DNA of 64,000 nucleotides from Leptolyngbyaceae cyanobacterium MAG.088 (GTDB lineage Bacteria; Cyanobacteriota; Cyanobacteriia; Phormidesmidales; Phormidesmidaceae). Under the pieces are notes generated by a model. That model did no database searches. It saw nothing but the letters and a program-made list of their open reading frames with translations, and was not told where the DNA came from. Position numbers and translations under genes: made by a program. The stretch covers positions 3,246 through 67,245 of the forward strand of contig JAHQVZ010000098.1 of NCBI GenBank assembly GCA_019634055.1, given 5' to 3'. Numbering within the stretch: the stretch's first letter is position 1; the number at the start of each line of letters is the position of its first letter. Shown here one piece after another: positions 18,676 through 30,288 of this stretch.

Positions 18676-20322
18676 TTACTGAGCTAGTAAAGGCGCTGCT
18701 GACAAGAGTGTTTTTGTGTAAGGATGCTGAGGTGTCGTAAACAGCTGTTCTGTAGGACCGAGTTCAACAATTTTCCCCTCGTTCATCACAGCGATGCGAT
18801 CGCAAAGATATCGAGCTACCCACAAATCGTGGGTAATAAATAAATACGTTAGCTCTAATTCATCCTTAAGCTCTAGCATTAGCTCCAGCACCTGGGCCTG
18901 CACACTGGCATCTAACATACTCACTGGTTCATCGCAGATCACCAGTTTAGGCTTAGTAATGAGGGCTCGGGCAATGGCCACCCGCTGCTGCTGTCCGCCT
19001 GATAAATCACCAGGGTAGCGGCTGTAATAGTCTGCGGTTGGTGTGAGTCCCACCCGCTTTAACATGTCATGAACCTGCTGTTTGGCCTCTGATGCACTGG
19101 CCAAACCATGAATAATTAACGGATCAGCAATGCCTCGACCAACTGTCATCATCGGATTTAGACAGGCATGGGGATCTTGAAAGATCATTTGAAAATTGCG
19201 TCTTTGGGCCTGGAGCGCTGATCGTGATAGCCCCACCAAATTTTGTCCCATAAACTCCACCCGACCTGATGTGGGTGGAATAATCTGCATTAGCGTACGG
19301 GAAAAGGTGCTCTTGCCACAGCCTGACTCGCCCACTAAGCCCAGCACTTCACCGGGGTGCAAATCGACCGAAATGCCATCCACTGCCTTGATTGTTTCCG
19401 GTGGAGTTCGGTTAAATAATTTTGACAGTAGGTTTTGCTCAATGGTGTAATGCTTAACCAGATCCTGAACTCGCAGCAGAGGTGAGGTTGTCATTGCCTC
19501 TACGACTGATGTCTCTACGTCGTAATTTTGTAGTTGGTGCGCCGCCTGCAATAAGGATTGAGTGTAGTCTGCCTGGGGCTGATAGAGGACTTCCTCAGTG
19601 GGTCCTAGTTCCACAAGCTTACCCTGGTACATAACAGCGATGCGATCGCAATATTCCCCCACTAGAGCCAGGTCATGGGAAATCAAAATTAGAGCCATCC
19701 CTCGCTCACGGCAAAGCTGAGTCAGCAAGTCTAGAATTTGAGCTGAAACAGTAACATCTAAGCTAGTGGTCGGTTCATCAGCCACAATTAGCTTGGGATT
19801 AAGCAGTAATGCCAGGGCAATGGCCACTCGCTGACGCATACCCCCGCTAAATTCATGGGGATACTGCTCCCAGCGATTGGCCGGGATACTAACAGATTCT
19901 AGGGTCGCGATCGCAAGGTCCTTTGCCGCCTGCTTAGATAAATCCGCTCGATGAGCTTGCAGAGTTTCCACACAGTGGTCGCCAATCGTCATTAGTGGAT
20001 CCAGGCGGGTCATCGGGTCCTGAAATACCAATGAGACCGCTTCTCCCCGAAACCGCCGCATTTCCCGACTCGAAAAACCAAACACATCTCGGCCTTCAAA
20101 TAGGGACCGCCCCTGGGTACGACTACCCCCAGGCAATAATCTCAGGGCGGCTCGACCCAGGGTTGATTTACCACAACCCGACTCACCGACTAACCCCAAC
20201 ATTTCACCAGGTTGCAAGCTTAAAGACACATTTTCAACAGCCCAACTATCCTGTCGCGGATAGGCGATACAAAAACTATCTAGCTGCAACAGAGGAGAAG
20301 TCATAGAGTGCAGTAAGCTCAC
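18676..20322 (-). CDS. ABC transporter ATP-binding protein with duplicated ATPase domains (Dpp/Opp/nickel-type)
   Basis: It has two Walker A motifs (GESGCGKST twice), two signature motifs (FSGGMRQR, LSGGQQQR) and two Walker B motifs (IVADEP, VICDEP). Confidence 0.9.
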   Translation of the reverse strand: MSLLHSMTSPLLQLDSFCIAYPRQDSWAVENVSLSLQPGEMLGLVGESGCGKSTLGRAALRLLPGGSRTQGRSLFEGRDVFGFSSREMRRFRGEAVSLVFQDPMTRLDPLMTIGDHCVETLQAHRADLSKQAAKDLAIATLESVSIPANRWEQYPHEFSGGMRQRVAIALALLLNPKLIVADEPTTSLDVTVSAQILDLLTQLCRERGMALILISHDLALVGEYCDRIAVMYQGKLVELGPTEEVLYQPQADYTQSLLQAAHQLQNYDVETSVVEAMTTSPLLRVQDLVKHYTIEQNLLSKLFNRTPPETIKAVDGISVDLHPGEVLGLVGESGCGKSTFSRTLMQIIPPTSGRVEFMGQNLVGLSRSALQAQRRNFQMIFQDPHACLNPMMTVGRGIADPLIIHGLASASEAKQQVHDMLKRVGLTPTADYYSRYPGDLSGGQQQRVAIARALITKPKLVICDEPVSMLDASVQAQVLELMLELKDELELTYLFITHDLWVARYLCDRIAVMNEGKIVELGPTEQLFTTPQHPYTKTLLSAAPLLAQ

Positions 20323-20368
20323 TTAAACCATTAAACGCTTAGACGTCTAAATTTTGAGGATTATTTTT

Positions 20369-20404
20369 GTCCTTAAGGGGATGGCATGCCATCCCCTTAA
20401 GGAC
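20369..20404. repeat. perfect 36-nt palindrome between two co-directional minus-strand genes
   Basis: GTCCTTAAGGGGATGGCA|TGCCATCCCCTTAAGGAC. The T-tract lies on the + strand side only. Confidence 0.6.
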
Positions 20405-20427
20405 GCATGTCTTATGTCTACGACGCC

Positions 20428-20997
20428 TTATTTTTCAAACCGTCTCATCAAATAGGCCACCCCGAAATCTCCGTTAGGATGTTCCTCTAGCAGTTTTGCC
20501 AATTCAAAGAGTTTCTCAGCAATGTCTGGCCCTAGCTTTTCTGCAGTTGCTAACTGCTCTCGGAACTTTGCCTCAGCAACCCGCACATGACTTTGCCACT
20601 CATCTGTAAATAAAACCGGAAAATAAGCACTTAAGCCCAATCTATCCAAAATTTCCCATTCACCGTCGTCACACCACATACCTTTACAGCCAGGGCAACG
20701 TTCCACAAAGAATGAAACCTTTTTAAGATTAATCCTGCCACGAACTAAGTAAAATCCACAGCTTGGACATAGCCCAGCCCGGTTATCGTAGCGAGAAGGC
20801 TGGTAGTCAATATGATGGTTAATAGGCACTGTTAAGCTATCAACTCTCAAGGCTGGATCTACCTGGGTAGCCTGCCATGCCTGATAATCCTCAGACAGAA
20901 GCCAAGAACCGCTGCACGTTGGACAACTATGGGCGTTGAGACCATCTACTAATTGATATGCCAACAGCGTTTCCCGAGGATGTTTTGGACAGAACAT
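20428..20997 (-). CDS. zinc-ribbon domain protein (two CxxC...CxxC ribbons)
   Basis: One ribbon is MFCPKH...CPTCSG and the other is CPSCG...CPGCKGMWCDDGEW, which resembles TFIIB-type zinc-ribbon proteins. Confidence 0.7.
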   Translation of the reverse strand: MFCPKHPRETLLAYQLVDGLNAHSCPTCSGSWLLSEDYQAWQATQVDPALRVDSLTVPINHHIDYQPSRYDNRAGLCPSCGFYLVRGRINLKKVSFFVERCPGCKGMWCDDGEWEILDRLGLSAYFPVLFTDEWQSHVRVAEAKFREQLATAEKLGPDIAEKLFELAKLLEEHPNGDFGVAYLMRRFEK

Positions 20998-21156
20998 TAC
21001 CCTCCATAAATAAAGTGCATAAATGCTTGATAGATATGTGTACCACGCTCCTAGGCAGCAATGTAGTTTTTAGTCGGAAAAAACTCAAGTTTTAACCCTA
21101 TTACAAATTAATGTTTGAGTCAGTAAATAGGTATTAGCTTGAGCTCTTCTCAGTCT

Positions 21157-21513
21157 TTACTGACAATCCTTTTGGCAAAGGTTAATTAAAACGTTAGTAA
21201 ACCCATGCAACTGTTGCAATCGTTGCTCAATTTGCTCTAAACGCTGTTGATATGTCTGGGTATGGCGAGCTGATTGCAAAAAATTAACTTCAATGGCCAA
21301 AAGCCTCATATGGCGATGAATTTCCGTAGTTGCTGAACGCCACTGAGACTGAGATAGGTCTGCTTGAATTACTTGAGGCCAAAGAGTTTGATAAAAAATC
21401 TGTTGTAAAACCTGGAGCTGCTGACAGATGTTTTCCTGGTTTATGACGGCCTGACATTTAACTAACTGGTTTTGGTAGTCATCAAAAGAGTCAATCACAG
21501 CAGTAAATGTCAT
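21157..21513 (-). CDS. hypothetical protein (118 aa, Gln-rich helical)
   Basis: Clean isolated ORF with no motif I recognise. Confidence 0.55.
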   Translation of the reverse strand: MTFTAVIDSFDDYQNQLVKCQAVINQENICQQLQVLQQIFYQTLWPQVIQADLSQSQWRSATTEIHRHMRLLAIEVNFLQSARHTQTYQQRLEQIEQRLQQLHGFTNVLINLCQKDCQ

Positions 21514-22002
21514 GATTTAATAATAATGTAAGTTTTTAATAAACCTGCTCAAACTCAGCCTTTTATATCTATAGGTTTTATATAAGTACTCGCCTGTTCT
21601 GCAGTAGGACACGTAATCTATAACAAGAGATATAGATGACGCAAATAATCCTCTAAAACATTTGAGATTACCTAATTAATCATTAGGGTAGGTCGTCATT
21701 GAAACCATTAGCAGATTTAGCATCAGGCTACAGTTGTAAGATTTTATACTCTTAATCTATCCTACGAATATAAGAGGTCAAGCATCCTGGGCAAGATACA
21801 TCTTAAAGGGGTGACATCACTCGTACCAGGAATATTTCTTACATAGGGCAAATGCTTTTAGCTTATGCATGATGCGAAATATCGGCATTATGCAGCTAAT
21901 ACATCTTCTGTCGATGGAACATACAGCAAGGGTCTTGGCAGTCTTCAAGCCGCCCAGAGCAAAATTTGGTTTTTCCAGTTTTTATTCTTTCCTCGATCTA
22001 CC

Positions 22003-24294
22003 ATGACCTCAGCAGCGACCGTTCTTCCCCAAGACTGTACCTTACCTACCTGGCTAAGGTCCTGCATCCTAGAGCACAGTCAGCCAGATGAGGTGGATGA
22101 TGAAAATAGGGGACAGCTAGAGCTTCATAAGGACAATAATCAACTCGTATGCCGAGCGTTTGAATTTGCCTATCAGCTTCACAAGGGCCAAATGCGTGCT
22201 TCCGGCGAACCATATATTGCCCATCCAGTTGCTGTTGCTAATATCTTGCGCAGTCTAGGGGGAGACAGCGCTATGATTGCCGCTGGTTTTTTGCATGACG
22301 TTGTTGAAGACACCGATGTCTCGGCTGATGAAATTGAGGCTCATTTCGGTGCAGAAGTTCGTCAAATGGTTGAGGGTGTTACGAAACTCTCGAAATTTCA
22401 GTTTAATAGCAAGACAGAACGCCAAGCTGAGAACTTTCGCCGCATGTTCTTAGCCATGGCTCAAGATATTCGGGTGATTGTAGTTAAACTGGCAGACCGT
22501 CTTCACAATATGCGGACATTGCAGCATATGCCCCCAGAAAAGCAGTTGCAAAAGGCTTGTGAAACCATCGAAATTTTTGCGCCATTAGCTAACCGCCTGG
22601 GGATCGGTCGCATGAAATGGGAGTTGGAAGATCTGTCATTTAAGTACCTTGAAGACGCTTCCTATCGAGAAATTAAGGATCTCATTTCTGAGAAACGAAT
22701 AGATCGTGAGATTCGCCTTAAACAGGTTGCCGAATTGCTGGAAACCCATCTTGTGAGTGAAGGAATTGGCTGTGTGGAAATCAGCAGTCGTCCCAAACAC
22801 CTTTATAGTATCTACCGCAAGATGCAGCGCCAGAAAAAGGACTTTCACCAGATTTATGACATCGCAGCGGTACGCATCATCGTAAATACAAAGGTGGACT
22901 GCTATCGAGCACTGGCCGTTGTACACGATCGATTTAAGCCGATTCCTGGCCGATTTAAAGATTACATTGGCCTCCCTAAAGCCAATCGCTATCAGTCTTT
23001 ACACACAGCTGTTATTGGTGAGCAGGGTCGTCCTATTGAAGTGCAGATTCGTACGGTGGAAATGCACCATGTTGCAGAGTATGGAATTGCCGCCCACTGG
23101 AAATATAAGGAGACTGGCAATAGTAATACTAAGGTCAATGCCGAGGATGAGAAGTTTACCTGGCTACGCCAGTTGCTGGAATGGCAAAGCGATCTCAAAG
23201 ATGCTCAAGAGTACCTTAGCGATGTCAAAGACAATCTTTTTGACGAGGAAGTTTATGTGTTTAGTCCTCGGGGTGATGTTTTTTCGCTTAGCCAAGGTGC
23301 AACCCCTGTAGACTTTGCTTATCGTATTCATACCGAAGTTGGTCACCACTGTGCTGGGGCTCGGGTCAATGATCGTATCGTTACTCTCGATACGGAGCTC
23401 CAAAATGGTGACATTGTTGAAGTTCTGACCAATAAAAATAGTCGGCCTAGTTTAGATTGGCTCAATTTTGTCGTTTCTGCTGGTGCCCGTAGCCGTATTC
23501 GTCACTGGTACAAACAATCTCACCATGATGAAAATGTTACCCGTGGTCACGCCATGTTGGAAAAGGTCATGGGGCGTGATGGTTTAGATTCCTTGTTGAA
23601 ATCATCTCCAGCCCAAGAGGCTGCCCAACGTAGTAACTATCCCTGTGTTGAGGATATGCTGGCAGCCTTGGGATATGGCGAAATTACTTTGAATGCAGTT
23701 GTCAATCGTTTGCAAGAGGCGACAAAAGAGCTGCAGCCATTAGAAGAAGTAGATGATGATCTGCTGGCAGATCAAATTAATGAAGGTGCAGTTGTTCGCA
23801 CCCGCTGGGGGGGAGATCTCGGCAGTGCTGAGTCTGGGAGTTCCATCATCGGTGTGGAAGGGCTATTGCATCACATTGCCGGTTGTTGTAATCCACTGCC
23901 AGGTGAACCCATTATTGGGGCAGTATCCCTGGGGGCTCGAGGGATTGCTATCCATCGACAAGGCTGTCCGAATGTGGCGTCAGTTCCTGGGGATCGTCTG
24001 ATACCGTTGTGTTGGAATTCAGCAGAGGCGACAACGGGTAGACATCCGACCTACCCAGTGATGCTCAAGCTAGAGGTAATTGATCGAGTAGGCGTCCTTA
24101 AGGATATTTTGAGTCACTTATCAGATTTGAAGATCAATGTACACCGAGCAACGGTAACTACGTTTCCCGATCAGATTGCAGAAATCGATCTGGGGCTTGA
24201 TGTCAAAGATCATGCTCATTTTGACCGGACCGTTAAAAAGCTGCGTAAGATGACCGATGTGCTTAAACTCAAGCGCCTTAGCCAAATGGATTAG
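22003..24294 (+). CDS. spoT: bifunctional (p)ppGpp synthetase/hydrolase (RelA/SpoT homologue)
   Basis: It has an HD domain (HDVVEDT), a synthetase region (RPKHLYSIYRKM, YQSLHT), and TGS and ACT regions. The tracked ORF starts at 21865, but the ATG at 22003 (MTSAATV...) fits the usual length better. Confidence 0.95.
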   Translation: MTSAATVLPQDCTLPTWLRSCILEHSQPDEVDDENRGQLELHKDNNQLVCRAFEFAYQLHKGQMRASGEPYIAHPVAVANILRSLGGDSAMIAAGFLHDVVEDTDVSADEIEAHFGAEVRQMVEGVTKLSKFQFNSKTERQAENFRRMFLAMAQDIRVIVVKLADRLHNMRTLQHMPPEKQLQKACETIEIFAPLANRLGIGRMKWELEDLSFKYLEDASYREIKDLISEKRIDREIRLKQVAELLETHLVSEGIGCVEISSRPKHLYSIYRKMQRQKKDFHQIYDIAAVRIIVNTKVDCYRALAVVHDRFKPIPGRFKDYIGLPKANRYQSLHTAVIGEQGRPIEVQIRTVEMHHVAEYGIAAHWKYKETGNSNTKVNAEDEKFTWLRQLLEWQSDLKDAQEYLSDVKDNLFDEEVYVFSPRGDVFSLSQGATPVDFAYRIHTEVGHHCAGARVNDRIVTLDTELQNGDIVEVLTNKNSRPSLDWLNFVVSAGARSRIRHWYKQSHHDENVTRGHAMLEKVMGRDGLDSLLKSSPAQEAAQRSNYPCVEDMLAALGYGEITLNAVVNRLQEATKELQPLEEVDDDLLADQINEGAVVRTRWGGDLGSAESGSSIIGVEGLLHHIAGCCNPLPGEPIIGAVSLGARGIAIHRQGCPNVASVPGDRLIPLCWNSAEATTGRHPTYPVMLKLEVIDRVGVLKDILSHLSDLKINVHRATVTTFPDQIAEIDLGLDVKDHAHFDRTVKKLRKMTDVLKLKRLSQMD

Positions 24295-24670
24295 ATGACT
24301 CGTGGAAAATTAAACGATTACCAGCCGGATCGTAAGCATAGATTTCCTGGCCATGGCTGGCGTAAATGATATTGCCCGGAGGTGGGTGACCTAATGCTCT
24401 CAGCATTGCGATCGCATCTTTTAAATCCTTCACCTCCAAACATAAACTCATACTGGCAGCTGTTCCGATAAATTCTTCCCTCTGATTCGCATTTGGTTTA
24501 AACAGAGCTAGCTTTAAACCCGGCAGCGCAAACTCTGCATAGTGTCCAGGTACGTAGGATTGGGGAGAGCGGCCCAATAAAGCCTGATAAAACTCCACGA
24601 GATTGTCCAGGTGTTCGCCTGCCAATGTGGCAAATGCCTCCTTAAAAAAAGGCTCGCAGGTATTGCCCAT
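24278..24670 (-). CDS. VOC/glyoxalase-family protein
   Basis: About 130 aa counted from the internal Met (MGNTCEPFF...). It has the general VOC-type fold pattern (LVEFYQALLG... YAEF... LCLEV...). The tracked ORF extends to 24727. Its 3' end overlaps the spoT 3' end convergently. Confidence 0.6.
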   Translation of the reverse strand: MGNTCEPFFKEAFATLAGEHLDNLVEFYQALLGRSPQSYVPGHYAEFALPGLKLALFKPNANQREEFIGTAASMSLCLEVKDLKDAIAMLRALGHPPPGNIIYASHGQEIYAYDPAGNRLIFHESSNPFG

Positions 24671-24810
24671 GGCCCAATCACCCTCTGGGGATGTCTTCGC
24701 GTCGCTCCGGTAATGCCCATTACCCATTGCTTTTCCCTCTTTGACGATGGCTGATAAGGAATCCTGACTGATAGCGTTCGGTATTGAAGGGCATCCATAA
24801 GAAAGTGCTC

Positions 24811-26268
24811 CTACTTACCAATACAAAACCGACTAAAAATTTCATCTAGCATAGATTCGGTCATCTCTTCGCCGGTCACTTCACCCAGGGCACGGATGGC
24901 ATCCCGTAGATCGATGGTCCAAAAGTCTAGAGGCATTTCTGCTTTTAGGGTGGCGTTGACTTGCTTTAAAGCGCTATGGGCACGAGTCAGTGCTGATGCC
25001 TGACGTTGGTTAATCGCCAGAGCCGTATTGGCGGCAGTCACATTTTCAGTTTGCACCAGGGTAAGTATGGCCTTTTCCAACGCATCAATCCCCTTTCCCT
25101 GGGCAGCAGCGGTTTCTACAATGGGCACATCAGCGGATACATCGGCTGGTGGCAAGGCTATTGGCGGCCCTAAATCTACTTTATTTAGAACAATGATGTG
25201 GGGCTTATGTTTAATGTCGCGATATAACATGGCTTCAGTTGCGCTCCAGCCAATCGTTCCATCTACTGTCAATAACACTATATCTGCGCCTTGAGCGGCA
25301 GTCTGGGAGCGTTCAATGCCCATTTGTTCTACCTGATCGATTGCATCGCGAATACCGGCTGTATCCAATACCTGGACAGGAATCCCCCCGACTACTAGCT
25401 GGGATTCGACCAGATCACGCGTGGTGCCCGGTAATGGAGTGACAATGGCGCGATCGCAACGGCTCCAGGCGTTTAGCAAACTAGATTTACCCACATTGGG
25501 CTGACCTACAATGGCCACTTTTAGCCCGGCACGGAGCAGTTCTCCCTGATGGGCGGTCGAGAGAATATTAGCGACATCAGCCAGAATTTCATCAAGCTGT
25601 TGCTGCACAGTTTCCTCATCTAGAGGGGGCAGATCATCCGCAAAATCAATGCGAGCTTCTACTTCAGCCAGCACATCTAAACAGCGACTACGACAGTGAC
25701 GAATGACATGGGTGAGCTTGCCTTGAATCCCGGCAAGGGCCGCTTGGGCCGCTTGAGGGGACTGGGCTCCAACCAAATCCGCAATGCCCTCGGCCTGGGT
25801 TAAGTCCAAACGGCCATTGAGAAAGGCTCTCAGGGTAAATTCCCCGGGTTCAGCCAGGCGTGCTCCTTGGGCGATGCAGAGCTGCAACACCTGTTGCACC
25901 GCTATGATGCCACCGTGGCAGTGGAACTCCACCACATCTTCTCGGGTGTAAGAACGGGGAGTCTTCATTAACAGTAGAAGTGCTTCATCCACTGTTTGCT
26001 GTGTATCAGGATCGGTAATGTAACCATAGAGAATTCGATGACTTTCCCAGGTTCCTGCACTACGAAACAGCTGCTGAGCAATGGTTACGGCAGTCGCACC
26101 CGATAACCGCACAATGCCGACACTCCCCTGCTGCGGCACAATTGCAGTTGCGATCGCAGCAATGGTTTCTCGTTGTATAAGCGTGTTTACGATCTTTGGG
26201 CCTTGCTCGGTCACATTCCTGTTTTTGGTGACATCAATCTGTAACGATATCCTATGCCGTTTATCCAT
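24811..26268 (-). CDS. mnmE: tRNA modification GTPase MnmE (TrmE)
   Basis: It has TIAAIATA near the N-terminus, the G1 motif [18 protein letters not shown], and the C-terminal FCIGK. Confidence 0.93.
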   Translation of the reverse strand: MDKRHRISLQIDVTKNRNVTEQGPKIVNTLIQRETIAAIATAIVPQQGSVGIVRLSGATAVTIAQQLFRSAGTWESHRILYGYITDPDTQQTVDEALLLLMKTPRSYTREDVVEFHCHGGIIAVQQVLQLCIAQGARLAEPGEFTLRAFLNGRLDLTQAEGIADLVGAQSPQAAQAALAGIQGKLTHVIRHCRSRCLDVLAEVEARIDFADDLPPLDEETVQQQLDEILADVANILSTAHQGELLRAGLKVAIVGQPNVGKSSLLNAWSRCDRAIVTPLPGTTRDLVESQLVVGGIPVQVLDTAGIRDAIDQVEQMGIERSQTAAQGADIVLLTVDGTIGWSATEAMLYRDIKHKPHIIVLNKVDLGPPIALPPADVSADVPIVETAAAQGKGIDALEKAILTLVQTENVTAANTALAINQRQASALTRAHSALKQVNATLKAEMPLDFWTIDLRDAIRALGEVTGEEMTESMLDEIFSRFCIGK

Positions 26269-26432
26269 CCGGATGATCAGGAATGCTCAACGTCAATCAT
26301 GTGGTCATAATTAATATTGGTAGCCTATGTAGCAAATGTTCTGATGTATTAGGATATTTCGCGTCATATTGGCTTTTTAGCCTCCAACAACGGCTCTAAT
26401 TTAGTATTAATGTACTTATAGGTAATTTAGCC

Positions 26433-26966
26433 GTGGCAGCTCCAAACGGTGATTTTGACCACAATCAATCTGGTCAATCTAGTAAAAGATCACACTTTCC
26501 CCCACGCCATAAGCGGACAAAAATTCAACGGCTGCTGAGATATTTCTACATTCGTTTTATTCGCCTGCGCAGTCACCCCCAAGCTATCGCCAGAGGCTTA
26601 GCTGCAGGTGTTTTTGCCGGTAGTTATCCTTTTTTTGGATTACAGACAATCATTGGAGTTGCGATCGCTGCGGCTATTCGAGGTAACAAAATTATCGCTG
26701 CAGCAGGCACCTGGATTAGTAATCCACTCACCTACGTTCCTATTTATGCATTCAACTATCAAGTTGGACGTTGGCTGCTTAGACAGTCTACAGAAATCAG
26801 TTTTGCCAACAGTTCGCCCAATGAATGGATGAGTCTGGGACTGGACATCACCGTTACCTTACTCATTGGCAGTACAGTCGTTGGCATCACTTTAGCCATC
26901 ATCAGCTACTACGGCAGCCTATATTTGAACCATAGACTACAATCCAGGCAAAATAAGCGTTACTAA
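26433..26966 (+). CDS. DUF2062-like membrane protein
   Basis: A basic N-terminus is followed by RGLAAGVFAGSYPFFGLQTIIGVAIAAAIRGN...NPLTYVPIY, as I recall for DUF2062. Confidence 0.75.
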   Translation: MAAPNGDFDHNQSGQSSKRSHFPPRHKRTKIQRLLRYFYIRFIRLRSHPQAIARGLAAGVFAGSYPFFGLQTIIGVAIAAAIRGNKIIAAAGTWISNPLTYVPIYAFNYQVGRWLLRQSTEISFANSSPNEWMSLGLDITVTLLIGSTVVGITLAIISYYGSLYLNHRLQSRQNKRY

Positions 26967-27323
26967 GTTACTGCACACCAGATATAGCCCGCATGTAATG
27001 ACAATCGGCATAGGTTCAGACAAGCAATTAAGAGAAGTAGTTGGATTCCATTCATGCACGTTATGATGAACATGAATGTTTGGGAAAAGTTGATCAAATG
27101 TAATAACTAATTCAACATTACTTTTGACAACTTTAGACAATATGAACTAGGGTTCGTTTATTAGTACCCGTTCATAATTAGCAATAAGGTATTTCTTAAA
27201 AGCCTTTACTTGCGCAAATAGCTTGTCGCTCTCGGCAGTTTTTAAAGAATTCCATTTTTCCTCAGTGAAATGTTCCCTAACACAGCTTGTCACACCATCA
27301 AGTACCGTATTAGCTGCCAACAT
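26937..27323 (-). pseudogene. 128-codon reading frame interrupted by a single in-frame TAG (58-aa ORF + TAG + 2 codons + tracked 67-aa ORF)
   Basis: My hand translation gives ATG 27323 ... INEP TAG(27149..27147) FI then the TTG-start ORF 27140..26937, all in one frame. I recognise no homology. Confidence 0.3.
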
Positions 27324-27626
27324 AGCTCTTCGAAAGCTACCCGCCTAACATTTCGAGAAACTGCCCCTCGTAATCACAATCGGCTTAAACCTTATTTGTA
27401 TGCGGCTAACTACAGCTTAAAAAACGTTGATGAAGCCTACCAGCTTTTAAGGGAGTACCTTTATACCAATGGTGTAACAGCTGTTGAAAAATTACACTTC
27501 CCCAGTCGAGGTAAAATTGAGTTAGTCCCTGGCGCGGCTTGGTGTGAATTTCAAGCAAATATACAAGATGATGGTGGTGGTGAGTCCGCTGAGGCCAGTA
27601 ATAGAAAAGAGCGTTTAGCAAGCTAG
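27270..27626 (+). CDS. doubtful hypothetical ORF (possible shorter form from TTG 27396)
   Basis: The tracked ORF has no recognisable domain and overlaps the minus-strand frame above. The hairpin GCAAGCTA-gacga-TAGCTTGC (27618..27638) at its stop could equally be the ssb terminator. Confidence 0.2.
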   Translation: MFPNTACHTIKYRISCQHSSSKATRLTFRETAPRNHNRLKPYLYAANYSLKNVDEAYQLLREYLYTNGVTAVEKLHFPSRGKIELVPGAAWCEFQANIQDDGGGESAEASNRKERLAS

Positions 27627-27692
27627 ACGATAGCTTGCATCTTTCCACTAATTTATTCAGTCTAGGAATCTCAGATATTGCAGTATCAATTC

Positions 27693-28058
27693 CTAAAACT
27701 GTTCATCATCATAGTTGCTCTGCATAGGCGCTACGTTATCCCGCTTAGAGCCTAATAAATCCAGGCGTTCCACTCGAATTATGGGGCTAGACCTCTGTGC
27801 GCCAGAGGATCGATCTTGCCAACTGTCGAGTTTGAGCGCACCCACTATGCCCACTAAGCTGCCTTTTTTCACATAGTTAGCAGCTACTTCAGCATTGCGT
27901 CCCCAAAGCTCTAAGTTAAACCAATCAGGCTGATCACTATTACGGGTACGTCGATTCACTGCAATGGTAAATTTGCAAAGGACATTGCCTGATTCAAAGT
28001 AACGTACTTCAGGATCTCGCCCTGCTCGACCCACAAGATTGACAACATTCAGACTCAT
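27693..28058 (-). CDS. ssb: single-stranded DNA-binding protein
   Basis: It starts with the OB-fold motif NVVNLVGRAGRDPEVRYFESG, contains WFNLELWG, and has an acidic tail ending DDEQF. Confidence 0.9.
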   Translation of the reverse strand: MSLNVVNLVGRAGRDPEVRYFESGNVLCKFTIAVNRRTRNSDQPDWFNLELWGRNAEVAANYVKKGSLVGIVGALKLDSWQDRSSGAQRSSPIIRVERLDLLGSKRDNVAPMQSNYDDEQF

Positions 28059-28364
28059 CGTATTTTCACCAGCAACTATGCTATAGAACTAATTTACACA
28101 CAAGGCAGACATAGACATCTAGAATTATCTTTAACGCCTTCCCCCTTAGAATAGGGTTTTCGCTCTTTTTGTTATGTTCTGCTTGTTCATTGATAGACTG
28201 TGTAACCTTGGAGTATGGCAAATATCCAACTAATTGAGAAATACTCAAACTACCCTAAAGCCATTGGGAAAACCTACTCAATGCAGTCATAATCACTAGA
28301 TTAAAAACTGCGGACTGGACGCGAGATATAAAACGTAATAAAATCCATTCCGGTCTATCCATAA

Positions 28365-29447
<1,083 letters not shown>

Positions 29448-29483
29448 CGTTCTATAGGCTGTTAACGACTACTGTTTGCAAAT

Positions 29484-30278
29484 ATGTTTGCGCTGAGACG
29501 CTGGTGGGATAGATATGCGGTAAGAGCAGGTGTAGCTACGCTTGCTATCGTTCTCGCTTGGGCAATGCGTCAAAGCCAGGGGGCCTTTATATATGAAATT
29601 TACCAGGTACTGACTGCGCCGTTGCAGCCTGGGTTGAGCCAGGCGGAGCGTCTGGAAAATGCATATATTTTGGAATTGCAGCAGCGGGTTATTGAGTTAG
29701 AAAATCAAAATCAAAGTTTGCGAACAAATATTGATTACGCTGATTCTCAAGGCAAGGTGACGGTTGCTGCGGTCATTGGTCGTAGTGCGGATAATTGGTG
29801 GCAGCAAATTACAGTCAACAAAGGTCACTTAGACGGTGTTACGGTTGGTGACATGGCTACAGGGCCCGGGGGCTTAGTCGGTCGTGTGGTGAGTGCTTCT
29901 CCTAATACAAGTAAGGTGTTGCTGACGACTGATCCAACCAGTCAAATGGGCGTTAAGGTCAGCCGTAGTCGCGCTCTGGGTGTGGTGCGCGGCAACGTCG
30001 ATGGACGGGTGGTTATGCAGTTTTTTGAAACCACACCTGATGTAAAACCAGGCGATGTTATTGTTACCTCTTCCTACAGTCGGTTATTTCCTCAAGGCAT
30101 TCCGGTTGGACGAATTGAGAGCATGGACTTAAAAAAGAGTCCGGCTCCTGAGGCAGTTATCCAGCTGTCATCGCCACTCAATATTCTTGAGTGGGTGACT
30201 ATTCATCCTTTTGAAGCTAAAACCGATGTTAATGCTCCGCCAGCAGAAATCATAGACAGCAACGAGTCAACCCCTTAG
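29484..30278 (+). CDS. mreC: rod-shape-determining protein MreC
   Basis: It lies immediately after mreB. It has an N-terminal TM, a coiled coil (LELQQRVIELENQNQSL), and a beta-rich C-terminal domain with GDVIVTS and GIPVGRI. Confidence 0.88.
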   Translation: MFALRRWWDRYAVRAGVATLAIVLAWAMRQSQGAFIYEIYQVLTAPLQPGLSQAERLENAYILELQQRVIELENQNQSLRTNIDYADSQGKVTVAAVIGRSADNWWQQITVNKGHLDGVTVGDMATGPGGLVGRVVSASPNTSKVLLTTDPTSQMGVKVSRSRALGVVRGNVDGRVVMQFFETTPDVKPGDVIVTSSYSRLFPQGIPVGRIESMDLKKSPAPEAVIQLSSPLNILEWVTIHPFEAKTDVNAPPAEIIDSNESTP

Positions 30279-30288
30279 TTCTTGCCGA

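Noticed and set aside
27406-27648. An 80-aa minus-strand ORF containing HHHHH.
   Set aside because: The His run is the antisense reading of a GGT/GGTG repeat. The product is otherwise implausible and overlaps two better candidates.
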